Source: Nannocystis bainbridge (GTDB taxonomy: Bacteria; Myxococcota_A; Polyangia; Nannocystales; Nannocystaceae). From it: a stretch of 64,000 nt of DNA. The stretch spans positions 864,001 to 928,000 of the forward strand of contig NZ_JAQNDL010000003.1 of assembly GCF_028368995.1 (NCBI RefSeq), read 5' to 3'. Below, piece after piece: positions 30,618 through 39,380 of this stretch. The notes beneath the pieces were generated by a model. The model worked only from the letters and a program-made list of their open reading frames with translations. It was not told the origin of the DNA and did not search any database. The translations under genes were made by a program, and so were the position numbers. The first letter of the stretch is position 1, and each line of letters starts with the position of its first letter.

Positions 30618-31043
30618 TCAGAGCACCGGCCGCTGGATGCGCGGCGGGGCGGCCGCGTCGTAGCCGCGGACCCGGGGCGACGTCACCGCGCCCGCGGCCT
30701 CCTCACCGGCCGAAGTCCGCGCCAGCCACAGCGCCGCCGGGATCGCCAGCGCCGCCACCACCGCGTAGGCCGGCACCGGGCGGCGCACCAGCGCCAGCCC
30801 GCGCCGCCACCAGCTCGGACGGAACGCGCGCTCGACCTCGGCCCGCAAGCGCTGGCGCACCGCCGGCGGCGGCGCCTCGTGGGCGGCCTGCAGCGCCCCG
30901 TCGAGGTCGGCGCGCAGCCGGCAATAGGCCACCGCACAACCTGCACATTCGGCCAGGTGACGCGTCACCGCGCGGCGCGGCTCGGCGGCCAACTCGTCGT
31001 AGGCGTGATCGATCAGCGAAGCCTCGCACTCTTCACAATTCAT
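30618..31043 (-). CDS. Zinc-finger (ZAS/zf-HC2) anti-sigma factor
   Basis: MNCEECE...HLAECAGC, followed by a TM helix. Confidence 0.85.
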   Translation of the reverse strand: MNCEECEASLIDHAYDELAAEPRRAVTRHLAECAGCAVAYCRLRADLDGALQAAHEAPPPAVRQRLRAEVERAFRPSWWRRGLALVRRPVPAYAVVAALAIPAALWLARTSAGEEAAGAVTSPRVRGYDAAAPPRIQRPVL

Positions 31044-31139
31044 CGCCGGAGCCTCCCTCCGTCCGCAGGCCGGACCTCGCGGTCTTCACGTCGCATCGCC
31101 CTCGCGTCGCGGGTCGCAGGCCGCGGGGCCTCGCAAGCT

Positions 31140-31694
31140 TCACAGTGCATCGCCGGAGCCTCCCTCGGTCAGCAGGCGGCGGAACGCCTGGGTGGCCGCG
31201 TGCAGTCGCGATTTGATGGTGCCCTCGGCGACGCCCATGAGGCCGGCGATCTCGCGATAGCTCAGCTCGCCGAGCTGCTTGAGCAGGATGAGCTGGCGCT
31301 GCGCCTCGGGCAGCGCGGCCATGGCCGCCTGCACCCGCGCGGCCTCGCCGAGGCGGGCGTCGGGCAGCGCTTGCGCCCCCGGCCGCAGCTGCGCCTCGGC
31401 CCGCTCGCGCAGCGACGCCTGGCTGCGTTCGCTGCGCTGGGCCATCAGGCACGCGTTGCGGGCCACCGCGAACAGCCACGGCGCGAACCGCCCGCGCGCC
31501 GGGTCATAGCTGCGATCGCGGAGCACCTTCAAAAAGACGTCCTGGAACAGGTCGTCGGCGACCGCGGACTCGCCGACGATCCGGCGGATGTAGCCGTAGA
31601 GGCGCCGCTCGTAGCGCGCGTAGAGCCGGTCGAAGGCCGCCAGCTCCCCGCCGCGCAGCGCGACCACGAGCTCCTCGTCGGCGACCTCGGGCAT
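31140..31694 (-). CDS. ECF RNA polymerase sigma-70 factor
   Basis: AFDRLYARY, DDLFQDVFLKV, WLFAVARN, LSYREIAGLMGVAEGTIKSRL. Confidence 0.94.
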   Translation of the reverse strand: MPEVADEELVVALRGGELAAFDRLYARYERRLYGYIRRIVGESAVADDLFQDVFLKVLRDRSYDPARGRFAPWLFAVARNACLMAQRSERSQASLRERAEAQLRPGAQALPDARLGEAARVQAAMAALPEAQRQLILLKQLGELSYREIAGLMGVAEGTIKSRLHAATQAFRRLLTEGGSGDAL

Positions 31695-31828
31695 CCTCGT
31701 CGCCTGGTATGCCCGAGCCGGTGGTTTCGTTCGCCGGTTCGCGCCGGCACCCGCCGCGGGCAGGTGCGCGATCGCACGGGTCGCGCGCCCGCGCCCCCGC
31801 CGCGGCGGTCCTGTTACTGTCTCCCGCG

Positions 31829-32833
31829 ATGCCCGTGCCCGCGCTCGCCCGCCTGCTCGTCCGCCCCTCGCCCGTCCTGGCGCTCCTGCTGGCCTGCGGC
31901 AGCGACGGCGGCGCCACGACCACCGAGTCCGCGAGCACCACCGATTCCGGTTCGAGCACCACGCACGACGCGACCACGACCTCGCCGACGACCTCGACGA
32001 CCTCGACCTCGACGACCGCGAGCGACACCACGACCTCGACCGGCGAGCTCACCGACACCGGCGTCGGCCCGAGCACTGGCACGACCACCGAAGACCTCAC
32101 CACCGGCGACCTCACCACCTCGTCGTCGACTTCGTCGACCGGCGATACCACCACCACGACCGGCTCGACCACCGACGACACCACCACGACCTCGACGACC
32201 TCGACCGGTGATGCCACCACCGACGAGCCGGGCCAGCTCGGCGAGCTCTCTGGCGATTGTGGGCTCATCGACGCCATGGAGCTCGAATCACCGGACCCGT
32301 TCGTGTTCAGCGGCGCCATCGATTTCGCCATGGTCGGCTACGATTACGACCTGCTGACCCCCGGCGGCCAGCAGATCTACGACGCGGGCAACCTCAACCC
32401 CGGCTCGCTGTACTCGGAGATCGTCGCCTACGAGGTGCTCGCGCGCTGCGAGCAGGCCGCGCTGCTCAAGACCGAGGGCACGATCACGTACACCAACCCG
32501 ATGGGCAAGAAGACCGACTTCCTGGCCGAGATCGACGGCCTCAAGATCGGGGTCAGCGTCGTGCGAGCCGTCGGCTTCCCCAAGGACGCGCCGTGGACCG
32601 TCGCCCAGGCCGAGACGATCCTGAAGGGCAAGCTCTCGGACATCCTCGTCAGCAGCGCCAACGTCGCCCCCGCCGACGCGTGGACCAAACAGATCCTGAG
32701 CGTCGTCGCCTACGGACCCATGCACCTCGAGAGCCTGCTCGCCGCCTACGAGGGCCTCGACCCGGCCATCAAGGCCGACACGATCCTCGTCATCACCGTC
32801 ACCGACGGTGATGACGCGTTCATCTACAACTGA
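31829..32833 (+). CDS. Lipoprotein with Thr-rich stalk and C-terminal AAC4-like (putative PD-(D/E)XK-fold) domain
   Basis: Lipobox LLAC; SEIVAYEVL...LLKTE...KTDFL...KIGVSVVRA...WTKQIL. Confidence 0.75.
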   Translation: MPVPALARLLVRPSPVLALLLACGSDGGATTTESASTTDSGSSTTHDATTTSPTTSTTSTSTTASDTTTSTGELTDTGVGPSTGTTTEDLTTGDLTTSSSTSSTGDTTTTTGSTTDDTTTTSTTSTGDATTDEPGQLGELSGDCGLIDAMELESPDPFVFSGAIDFAMVGYDYDLLTPGGQQIYDAGNLNPGSLYSEIVAYEVLARCEQAALLKTEGTITYTNPMGKKTDFLAEIDGLKIGVSVVRAVGFPKDAPWTVAQAETILKGKLSDILVSSANVAPADAWTKQILSVVAYGPMHLESLLAAYEGLDPAIKADTILVITVTDGDDAFIYN

Positions 32834-33029
32834 CAGCATTGCGGGCGGTCCCCGCGTGGCAATTTCGCGCCGCGCATGTCGGCCGTCGCGGACGGGCACC
32901 GGCCCCTCGCGCTCGCATGCGCCCGCGCGGATGAAGCGACCGCGCGCGGGCCTCGGGCCAGGCCCCGATCCTCCCTGCATCGCACTTCTGTTACGGTGTC
33001 GCGGGGCTCGTCCGGCGAGCGTGCCAGCG

Positions 33030-33437
33030 ATGTTCAAGATCCGCGCGGAACAGGCCGATACGCTCGCTGACGACGACCTCGTCCGCCGCATCATCGCCTA
33101 CTTGCAGGTCCGCATGCCGGAGCAGATCGCCAAGCACGACCCGTTCGACCTGCGGGCGGCGGTGCTCCACTGCTTCGAGGTCGCCCGCTCCTACGCCGTG
33201 ACCAGCGAGCGCGGGCTCTTCACCTTCGTCATGGACATGCTGGCCGTCGGCCCGTGCTTCCATTTGCAGCCGAAGATCCAGGCGATCCTCGACCAGCGCG
33301 AGCTCGACGAGCAGGTCCGGCTCGACCGGATCGTCGACGACGTCGACGACGTCGCGTGGGAGGAGGCCGCCGTGGTCACCGATCCGGCGGTCTACTGGGA
33401 CGACGTGCTCAACGAGGCCGACAAAAAGAGGGAGTAG
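33030..33437 (+). CDS. Small helical protein of the type seen beside T6SS effectors (adaptor or immunity candidate)
   Basis: MFKIRAEQ...ARSYAVTSERGLFTFVMDMLAVGPCFHLQPKIQAIL; 3 bp upstream of the DUF2235 gene. Confidence 0.65.
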   Translation: MFKIRAEQADTLADDDLVRRIIAYLQVRMPEQIAKHDPFDLRAAVLHCFEVARSYAVTSERGLFTFVMDMLAVGPCFHLQPKIQAILDQRELDEQVRLDRIVDDVDDVAWEEAAVVTDPAVYWDDVLNEADKKRE

Positions 33438-33440
33438 GCG

Positions 33441-34664
33441 ATGGCGGCGGCACGGGCTACGGCGAGAGGGGTCCAGGGCGAGGCGCAGTCGTTCCCGGCG
33501 ACGCGGCCGGGCGCGACCCGCCCGTGCGATGCCACGGGCCGCAAGCTGCGGGCGGGCGTCTTCTTCGACGGCACCGACAACAACAAGGCCCGCGACGAGC
33601 CGCGCCAGGGCCACACCAACGTGGTCCGGCTCTACAACGTCTACAAGGACACCGCCACTCCGCAGGAGAAGTGGGTCAAGCAGTACATCGTCGGCCTCGG
33701 CTCGATGGACACCGACGCGCGTCAGCGCCAGGCCGAGCGCGAGCGGGCCGAAGTGAAGGACAAGTGGTTCGGCGCCCGCTGGGGCCGGGAGGTGACCAGT
33801 CGTGGCCGGCACCTGGCCGACACCGGGGCCAACGTCGCCGGCCTCGCCGGCGGCCTCGGCGGCCAGGAGCGGCTCAACCGCGCCTACTTCTGGCTGCGCG
33901 ACCGCTGCGGCGAGCTGCCGCTGCAGGCGTGCAAGACCGTCGACGTGTTCGGCTTCTCGCGCGGGGCAGCGCTCGCGCGCACCTTCATCAACCTCGTCAA
34001 CATGGCGCTGCGCCGCAGCCAGCCGCACGTCACGGTCCGCTTCGTCGGCATCTACGACTCCGTCGGCTCGTTCGGCAAGGCCGGCGACGACTCGAACCCC
34101 GGCCAGAACATGTACGTCGACGCCACGGACATGATGGACCTGCGCCACTTCGTCGCCCGCCACGAGTACCGCGAGAACTTCCCGCTGTCGTACATCACCG
34201 GCGTGGACCGCGAGTACCCCGGGGCCCACTCCGACGTCGGCGGCAGCTACCCCCCGCTCGAGAACGGCAAGGTCAACCACCTCGCGTTCATCCCGTTCCG
34301 CGACATGTACCAGGCCGGCATTCGCTGGACCCTGTGGAAGCTGGCCTGGACGACCCAGCTGCACGGCCTGGCCGTCAACGCGGTCCAGCCGCTGAAGGTC
34401 CGCTCGGACCAACTCGCCGGCCCCGCGACCAAGCCGATGACCTCGCACCAGCGCCTCACCGAGCCGCAGCGCGAGTTCTTCAACCGCTACATCCACGAGT
34501 CGGGCGTCCGCCCGCGCGGCCTCGTCGCCGGCGTGTGGAACGACGGCGTCGCCGGTCACGTCACCAACGTCGGCAACCAGATCGATCCCGCCGGCAGGCG
34601 GCGGCGGATCCCCCATCGCCGCCTGCGCCTCACCGCCATGCCCCCGTCGTTCAAGTGGAAGTGA
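33441..34664 (+). CDS. DUF2235 / Tle1-family phospholipase effector
   Basis: FFDGTDNN, TNVVRLY, FGFSRGA (GxSxG), GIYDSV, HEYRENF, PGAHSDVGG. Confidence 0.88.
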   Translation: MAAARATARGVQGEAQSFPATRPGATRPCDATGRKLRAGVFFDGTDNNKARDEPRQGHTNVVRLYNVYKDTATPQEKWVKQYIVGLGSMDTDARQRQAERERAEVKDKWFGARWGREVTSRGRHLADTGANVAGLAGGLGGQERLNRAYFWLRDRCGELPLQACKTVDVFGFSRGAALARTFINLVNMALRRSQPHVTVRFVGIYDSVGSFGKAGDDSNPGQNMYVDATDMMDLRHFVARHEYRENFPLSYITGVDREYPGAHSDVGGSYPPLENGKVNHLAFIPFRDMYQAGIRWTLWKLAWTTQLHGLAVNAVQPLKVRSDQLAGPATKPMTSHQRLTEPQREFFNRYIHESGVRPRGLVAGVWNDGVAGHVTNVGNQIDPAGRRRRIPHRRLRLTAMPPSFKWK

Positions 34665-35685
34665 CGGGCGCATCGACGGCCTCCGCTCGCGCCGCGCGCT
34701 GGGCCGCCAGCCGGCGACGATAAAGGCTGTACCACAGCACGATCGCCCGGTCCGACGGCACGAACCGGCACGCGTGCAGCGGCAGGCCCGAGCGCACCAC
34801 GGCCCGCTGCTGCGCCAGGTCGTCGGGCTGGACGAAGCGCTGCTCGCTCCACACCGCCAGGCGCGCCAGCAGGCCGCCGATCACCGGGGTCGAGAGCGCG
34901 TAGCGGAACACCAGCGCCGTGCGGTTCGCGTCGATCGGCGTCATCGCCACGATGAGTCGCCCGCCGCGGAACTCGCCGAACACCAGCGCCGGGAAATTGC
35001 AGTTCAGCGTGATCGCTAGGCCGCCGCGGCCGTCCCACGCGTGCCCGTCGTCGCGCCGCAGCGTCCCGCTGCTGTACACGAAATCGCCGTCGAGGCGGGC
35101 CTCGTACGGATCGAGCCGATGACCGAGCCCCGGCGTGACGCGGCGGTGGGCGAATGGGGTGTGATGAATGTCGAGGTTGCTCTCGATCGCCAATTGCAGC
35201 GGCACGTCCCATTCGAGCGCGCCGGTGGCGGTGCCGCGGCCCTCGCCCTCGGGCATGCCGGCGGGCCAGAACGGCTCCGGGTAGCGCTCGCGCGGCGCGC
35301 CCCACCACAGCCACACCAGGCCGTGGGCTTCGCGGACCGGATAGGTGCGCACCGCAAGCTCGGCGCCGATCCGGAACTCGCGGCCCTCGCACGGCGCCGC
35401 CACGCAGCGGCCGTCGGCGGCGAAGCGAAAGCCGTGGTACGGGCACTGCAGCGCCCCGTCGACGACGCGACCTTCGCCGAGGTCGGCGCCGCGGTGCGGG
35501 CAGGCCGCGTCGACCGCGGCGATCCTGCCATCGTCGCCGCGGAACAGCGCCAGCGCGCGGCCGAAGCGGCGCAGCGCCAGCGGCCGTCGCCGCGGCAGCG
35601 AGCGCGCGCGTGCGACCGCGTACCACGCGTCCTCGATGAATTCGGCGGCGTCGCGGCGGATGGAGATCAGGGGTTCGTGTCGCAT
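34651..35685 (-). CDS. Rieske [2Fe-2S] non-heme iron oxygenase alpha subunit
   Basis: CPHRGA...CPYHG Rieske motif; SNLDIHHTPFAH mononuclear iron site. Confidence 0.92.
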   Translation of the reverse strand: MRHEPLISIRRDAAEFIEDAWYAVARARSLPRRRPLALRRFGRALALFRGDDGRIAAVDAACPHRGADLGEGRVVDGALQCPYHGFRFAADGRCVAAPCEGREFRIGAELAVRTYPVREAHGLVWLWWGAPRERYPEPFWPAGMPEGEGRGTATGALEWDVPLQLAIESNLDIHHTPFAHRRVTPGLGHRLDPYEARLDGDFVYSSGTLRRDDGHAWDGRGGLAITLNCNFPALVFGEFRGGRLIVAMTPIDANRTALVFRYALSTPVIGGLLARLAVWSEQRFVQPDDLAQQRAVVRSGLPLHACRFVPSDRAIVLWYSLYRRRLAAQRAARAEAVDAPVTST

Positions 35686-35815
35686 CGTCGGCTCCTCGCG
35701 GCCGGGTTATGCTCGGCCCGTCCGCGCCTCAGCGTGGCGCGGCGGGCCCGAGGCCGCACGCATGCACCGCGCCAGATCGACTGACCGAGCGCGCCACCCG
35801 GCGAGCGATGCGACC

Positions 35816-36808
35816 ATGGGCTCGCACCTGCCCGCGCGCCTGTTCGCGTTCGCCGTCGGCCTCGGCCTCGAAGAGACAGGGCTGCGCGCGCGCACCGGCC
35901 TCGGCGCCGCCGCGCTCGCCGATCCCGACGCGCGCGTGCCCCTGTCCGGCGTCTACGAACTGATCGAGGCCGTGTGCGAGCGCCTCGGCGACGTCGCCAG
36001 CCTGCGCTTCATCGCCGGCATCGAGGCCGGCGACCTCGACGCGCTCGGCTTCCTCCTCAACACCTGCCCCGACCTCGGCGTCGCGCTCGCCCGCTTCGTC
36101 GCCTTTCAGGCCCTCTACAACGACGGCGAGCGGTTCGAGGCGATCGACGTCGGCGACGACGCCGTGGCCCTGCGCTACACCCCGTTCGGCCCGCCCCGGC
36201 GCGCGCACGCGTGGATGGCCGAGGTCACCTTCCTCGATTTCCTCGTCAACGGCCCGCGCTGGCTCGGCCGCGATCTCGAGGTGCGCGCAGTCAGGTTGCG
36301 GCGCGTGCCGACCGAGGATCTCGAGCTGCGGCGCGCGCTCGGCCCGGTCGAGTTCGGGGCGCTTTGCGACGAGCTGGTGCTGCCGCGCGCGGCATTGCAG
36401 GTGCGCATGCCGGGCGCAGACCCGGCGATGCAGGCGTTCTTCGAGCGATTCGCCCGCGACCAGCTCGCGCGTCTGCCGAAGGATGGCAGCCTGCGGGCGC
36501 GCGTGCGGGCGCAGGTGGCCGCGCGGCTGCACCAGGGCGCGCCGACCCTGCTCGAGCTCGCGGAAGCCCTCGGGCTGGCCCCGCGGACCCTCCAGCGCAA
36601 GCTGCAGGCCGAGGGCGAGACGCTCGCGGCCCTGGTCGACGCCGTTCGCCGCGAGCGGGCCGCCGCGCTGCTCGCCGGCCCGCAGCCGCTCTCGGAGGTC
36701 TCGTACCGGCTCGGCTTCTCGGCCCCGAGCGCCTTCTTCCGCGCGTTCCGCCGCTGGACCGGCGAGACCCCCGAGGCCTACCGCGTCCGGGTCCGCACAG
36801 GTCCCTGA
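35816..36808 (+). CDS. AraC-family transcriptional regulator
   Basis: LAPRTLQRKL...EVSYRLGFSAPSAFFRAFRRWTGETP; divergent from the Rieske gene. Confidence 0.92.
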   Translation: MGSHLPARLFAFAVGLGLEETGLRARTGLGAAALADPDARVPLSGVYELIEAVCERLGDVASLRFIAGIEAGDLDALGFLLNTCPDLGVALARFVAFQALYNDGERFEAIDVGDDAVALRYTPFGPPRRAHAWMAEVTFLDFLVNGPRWLGRDLEVRAVRLRRVPTEDLELRRALGPVEFGALCDELVLPRAALQVRMPGADPAMQAFFERFARDQLARLPKDGSLRARVRAQVAARLHQGAPTLLELAEALGLAPRTLQRKLQAEGETLAALVDAVRRERAAALLAGPQPLSEVSYRLGFSAPSAFFRAFRRWTGETPEAYRVRVRTGP

Positions 36809-36832
36809 GGACATGTCCCTCGGGACCTATCA
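36795..36832. repeat. Degenerate 14-bp-period array (3 units)
   Basis: CAGG 36798, GGACATGTCC with CATG at 36812, CCTA 36826; spans the AraC stop. Confidence 0.6.
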
Positions 36833-36851
36833 TCATAGTCTCCGAGCGACC

Positions 36852-36895
36852 AAAAAACGATGACGCGGGCCGGGGTCCGGCGCCCGCGTCATCGT
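36852..36895 (-). terminator. Rho-independent terminator
   Basis: ACGATGACGCGGGC / GCCCGCGTCATCGT stem with A6 on the + strand (U6 on the - strand). Confidence 0.8.
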
Positions 36896-36933
36896 CGATT
36901 CTTCAGTGAATCAGCGCCCTGGTCCCGTGGGGA

Positions 36934-37200
36934 TCAGGCCCGGGCGGCGAAGCGGCGGATCTCCTCGCGGAACCACGAGTCGGCCTCGTCGGTGAACTTG
37001 TAGTTCTCGCGGATGTACGCCATCGTGTCCTTCTCGACATCGGTGTACTTGCCGCCGTCGGTGACGGCGCCGATCAGCTCCTTGGCGTCGGTGAGGGAGA
37101 TGCGACCGTCGCCCTTGCCGGCGGTGGTCCGCTCGGCGATCTCGAGCATCTGCTTGTCGAACTTCTTGCCTTCGATGATCTTGTAGTACGTCTCGGACAT
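36934..37200 (-). CDS. Small hypothetical protein
   Basis: MSETYYKIIEGKKFD...GKGDGRISLTDA...YTDVEKDTMAYIRENYKFT; strong codon bias. Confidence 0.85.
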   Translation of the reverse strand: MSETYYKIIEGKKFDKQMLEIAERTTAGKGDGRISLTDAKELIGAVTDGGKYTDVEKDTMAYIRENYKFTDEADSWFREEIRRFAARA

Positions 37201-37245
37201 GGTGCCGGGGACGATACCGAACATGGCGGGCTCATGCATGACCGC

Positions 37246-39294
37246 TCATCGCCGGCGTCGACGGGCGAATGCGAGCAGCACCAGCAGCAGGGCCGCCGGC
37301 GGGCGCGTTGTCGCGCGGCAGCCACAACCCTCGCCTGACCCCTCCGAACCGGCGGTCGCGCCCGAATCGCTCGCACCGCCGGTTTCGCTCGCATCGCCGC
37401 CCGTGAGGCCGCCGGCGGTCGGGTCGTCTCCGGTATTCGCCGTCGTGGTCGGGGCCGAGTCGCCGCCCGAGGGCTCGGGCCCGTCGGTGGGATCGCTACC
37501 GGTGGTCGGCCCGTCGCTCGTCGACCCGTCGCTGGTGCCCGGGCCGTCCGAGGTCTCGCCGTCGCTGGTCTCGCCGCCCGGGTCACCGCATTGCGGCGGC
37601 GGGGTGGTCTCGTCGACGCCCTCCGCCCGCGGGCCGTAATTCGGCGCGTCGCAGCCGGCCTCGAGCGCGCCGAGGTCGGGCGCCGCGCCGAGGAACCCGC
37701 CGTATCCGTGGAGCAGAGCGCCGGCGTCGACCGCGAGCGAGCTCGGGGACAGGCTCACGTCGACCGCCTCGACGACCGGCATGTAGCTGGTGGGCGCGAC
37801 GTAGCCGCTGGCGAAGATGTCGGCGGTGAGCAGGGTGCCGTGGGCCTCGAACACCCCGGCGGCCTGCATCGCCGCGAAGTCGGGGTAATCGCCGACGCCC
37901 TCGAACTCGAACGCGCCGTCGGGCCAGTAGCCGTTGTAGTCGATCACCGCGTTGTCGATCGGCGCGCTCAGCAGCACCGTCTGCCCGCCCTCCGGCTCGG
38001 CGCGGGTGACGTAGAGGTTGTTGACGAGGTGGAAATCGTGGGCGGTGTCGGTGGTCTGGACCTGATTGGCGCGGCTGGGGCTGACGAAGGTGTTGTGAAG
38101 GATCACCGCGCCGACGGTCTCGCCGGTGTCGCTGTTGGCGTGCAGCTTGGTCTGCTCGTCCTTGACGTTGACGACCACGTTGCGCAGCGCGTAGGCCGGG
38201 CCGCCGAAGATCGGCTGGAAGCTGAGCGGCGAATAGGAGTTGAGCAGCAGGTTGCGCATCGCCCGGGTGTTGCCGGCCGAGGCGTCGAGCTCGATCGCGT
38301 TGTCGTAGGCCGAGCGCGAGACGTTGCCGTAGATGTCGATCGCCCGCGCGCCGTCCTGCTCGGTCTTGATCGCGTCGCCCCAGCCGACCAGCTCGTTGTG
38401 ACAGACGACGTGGCCGAAGCCCTGGATGACGATGCCGTCGACGTTGGCGTTGACGCCGCCGTCGTCGGAGTAGACGTTCGGCCACGCCAGCGGGCCGGTG
38501 AGGGTGTTGTCGCAGAGGTAAAAATCGAGCTGGTCCTGACGCGCGCCGATGCCGAGGTTCACGTCCTCGATATGGAGGCGGCGGACGACGTTGCCCTCGG
38601 CGCCGGCGGTCTGGAAGCGAATGGCGCGGTTGGCGTTGCGGATCGTCAGGCGCTCGATGTGCACGTGACTGCCGTAGACCTCGAGCACGTTGCCGCCCGC
38701 GCCCTCGCCGTCGAGGATCGTGCCGGCCGTGCTGGCGCCGCGAACGACGATCGGGTCGTCGGCGGTGCCGCTGGCCTCGATCGACCAGGTGCCGCCATAG
38801 GTCCCCGCGGCCAGCTCGATGACGTCGCCCGGCTGGGCCGCGCCGAGGGCGTCACCGAGGCCGCCGGCGTCGCTGACCTGGATCACCTTGGGCGCGGCCG
38901 GATCGCCCGGCACCGGCCGGGTGCTGGCGGTCACCGTCCACGTCTCGTCGAGGCCGTCAGGGTCGCGGGCGTGCAGCTCGAGCTCGTAGGTGGTGTCGGG
39001 CCGCAGGTCGAACACGCTGCCGGCGAACTGCTGCGGCACCTGCAGGTTCACGACCTCGGGCCGCACGCGGAACAGCGGCGCGCCGACCTGCCACGCGGCC
39101 TCGCCCATGACGCGGTAGCGCAGCTCGATCGCGGCGTCACGATCGTCGTCGCCGGCGATCAGCACCTGCACGCCGAGAGTGACCACCGTGGGCCGGTCGA
39201 GCACGGTCTCGAGGATCTGCAGGTCGTCGGCGGCGCGCGCAGGCGCGGCAGTCGTGACGATGGCAGCAGCAGCGAGGAGCGGGATCGTACGCAT
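37246..39294 (-). CDS. MYXO-CTERM surface protein with FN3-like and right-handed beta-helix (pectin lyase-like) domains
   Basis: Signal MRTIPLLAAAAIV; AQPGDVIELAAGTY; Asn-ladder repeats; GAAPDLGALE; tail GCGC...LLLVLLAFARRRRR. Confidence 0.88.
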   Translation of the reverse strand: MRTIPLLAAAAIVTTAAPARAADDLQILETVLDRPTVVTLGVQVLIAGDDDRDAAIELRYRVMGEAAWQVGAPLFRVRPEVVNLQVPQQFAGSVFDLRPDTTYELELHARDPDGLDETWTVTASTRPVPGDPAAPKVIQVSDAGGLGDALGAAQPGDVIELAAGTYGGTWSIEASGTADDPIVVRGASTAGTILDGEGAGGNVLEVYGSHVHIERLTIRNANRAIRFQTAGAEGNVVRRLHIEDVNLGIGARQDQLDFYLCDNTLTGPLAWPNVYSDDGGVNANVDGIVIQGFGHVVCHNELVGWGDAIKTEQDGARAIDIYGNVSRSAYDNAIELDASAGNTRAMRNLLLNSYSPLSFQPIFGGPAYALRNVVVNVKDEQTKLHANSDTGETVGAVILHNTFVSPSRANQVQTTDTAHDFHLVNNLYVTRAEPEGGQTVLLSAPIDNAVIDYNGYWPDGAFEFEGVGDYPDFAAMQAAGVFEAHGTLLTADIFASGYVAPTSYMPVVEAVDVSLSPSSLAVDAGALLHGYGGFLGAAPDLGALEAGCDAPNYGPRAEGVDETTPPPQCGDPGGETSDGETSDGPGTSDGSTSDGPTTGSDPTDGPEPSGGDSAPTTTANTGDDPTAGGLTGGDASETGGASDSGATAGSEGSGEGCGCRATTRPPAALLLVLLAFARRRRR

Positions 39295-39380
39295 GCGCCA
39301 GGCAGCGTAGACAAAAACCGCGGGCGGTTGCGCCCGGGGCCGGGCCGGCGGACGTGGGCCAGGCCGGGGCCGCGGGCACA

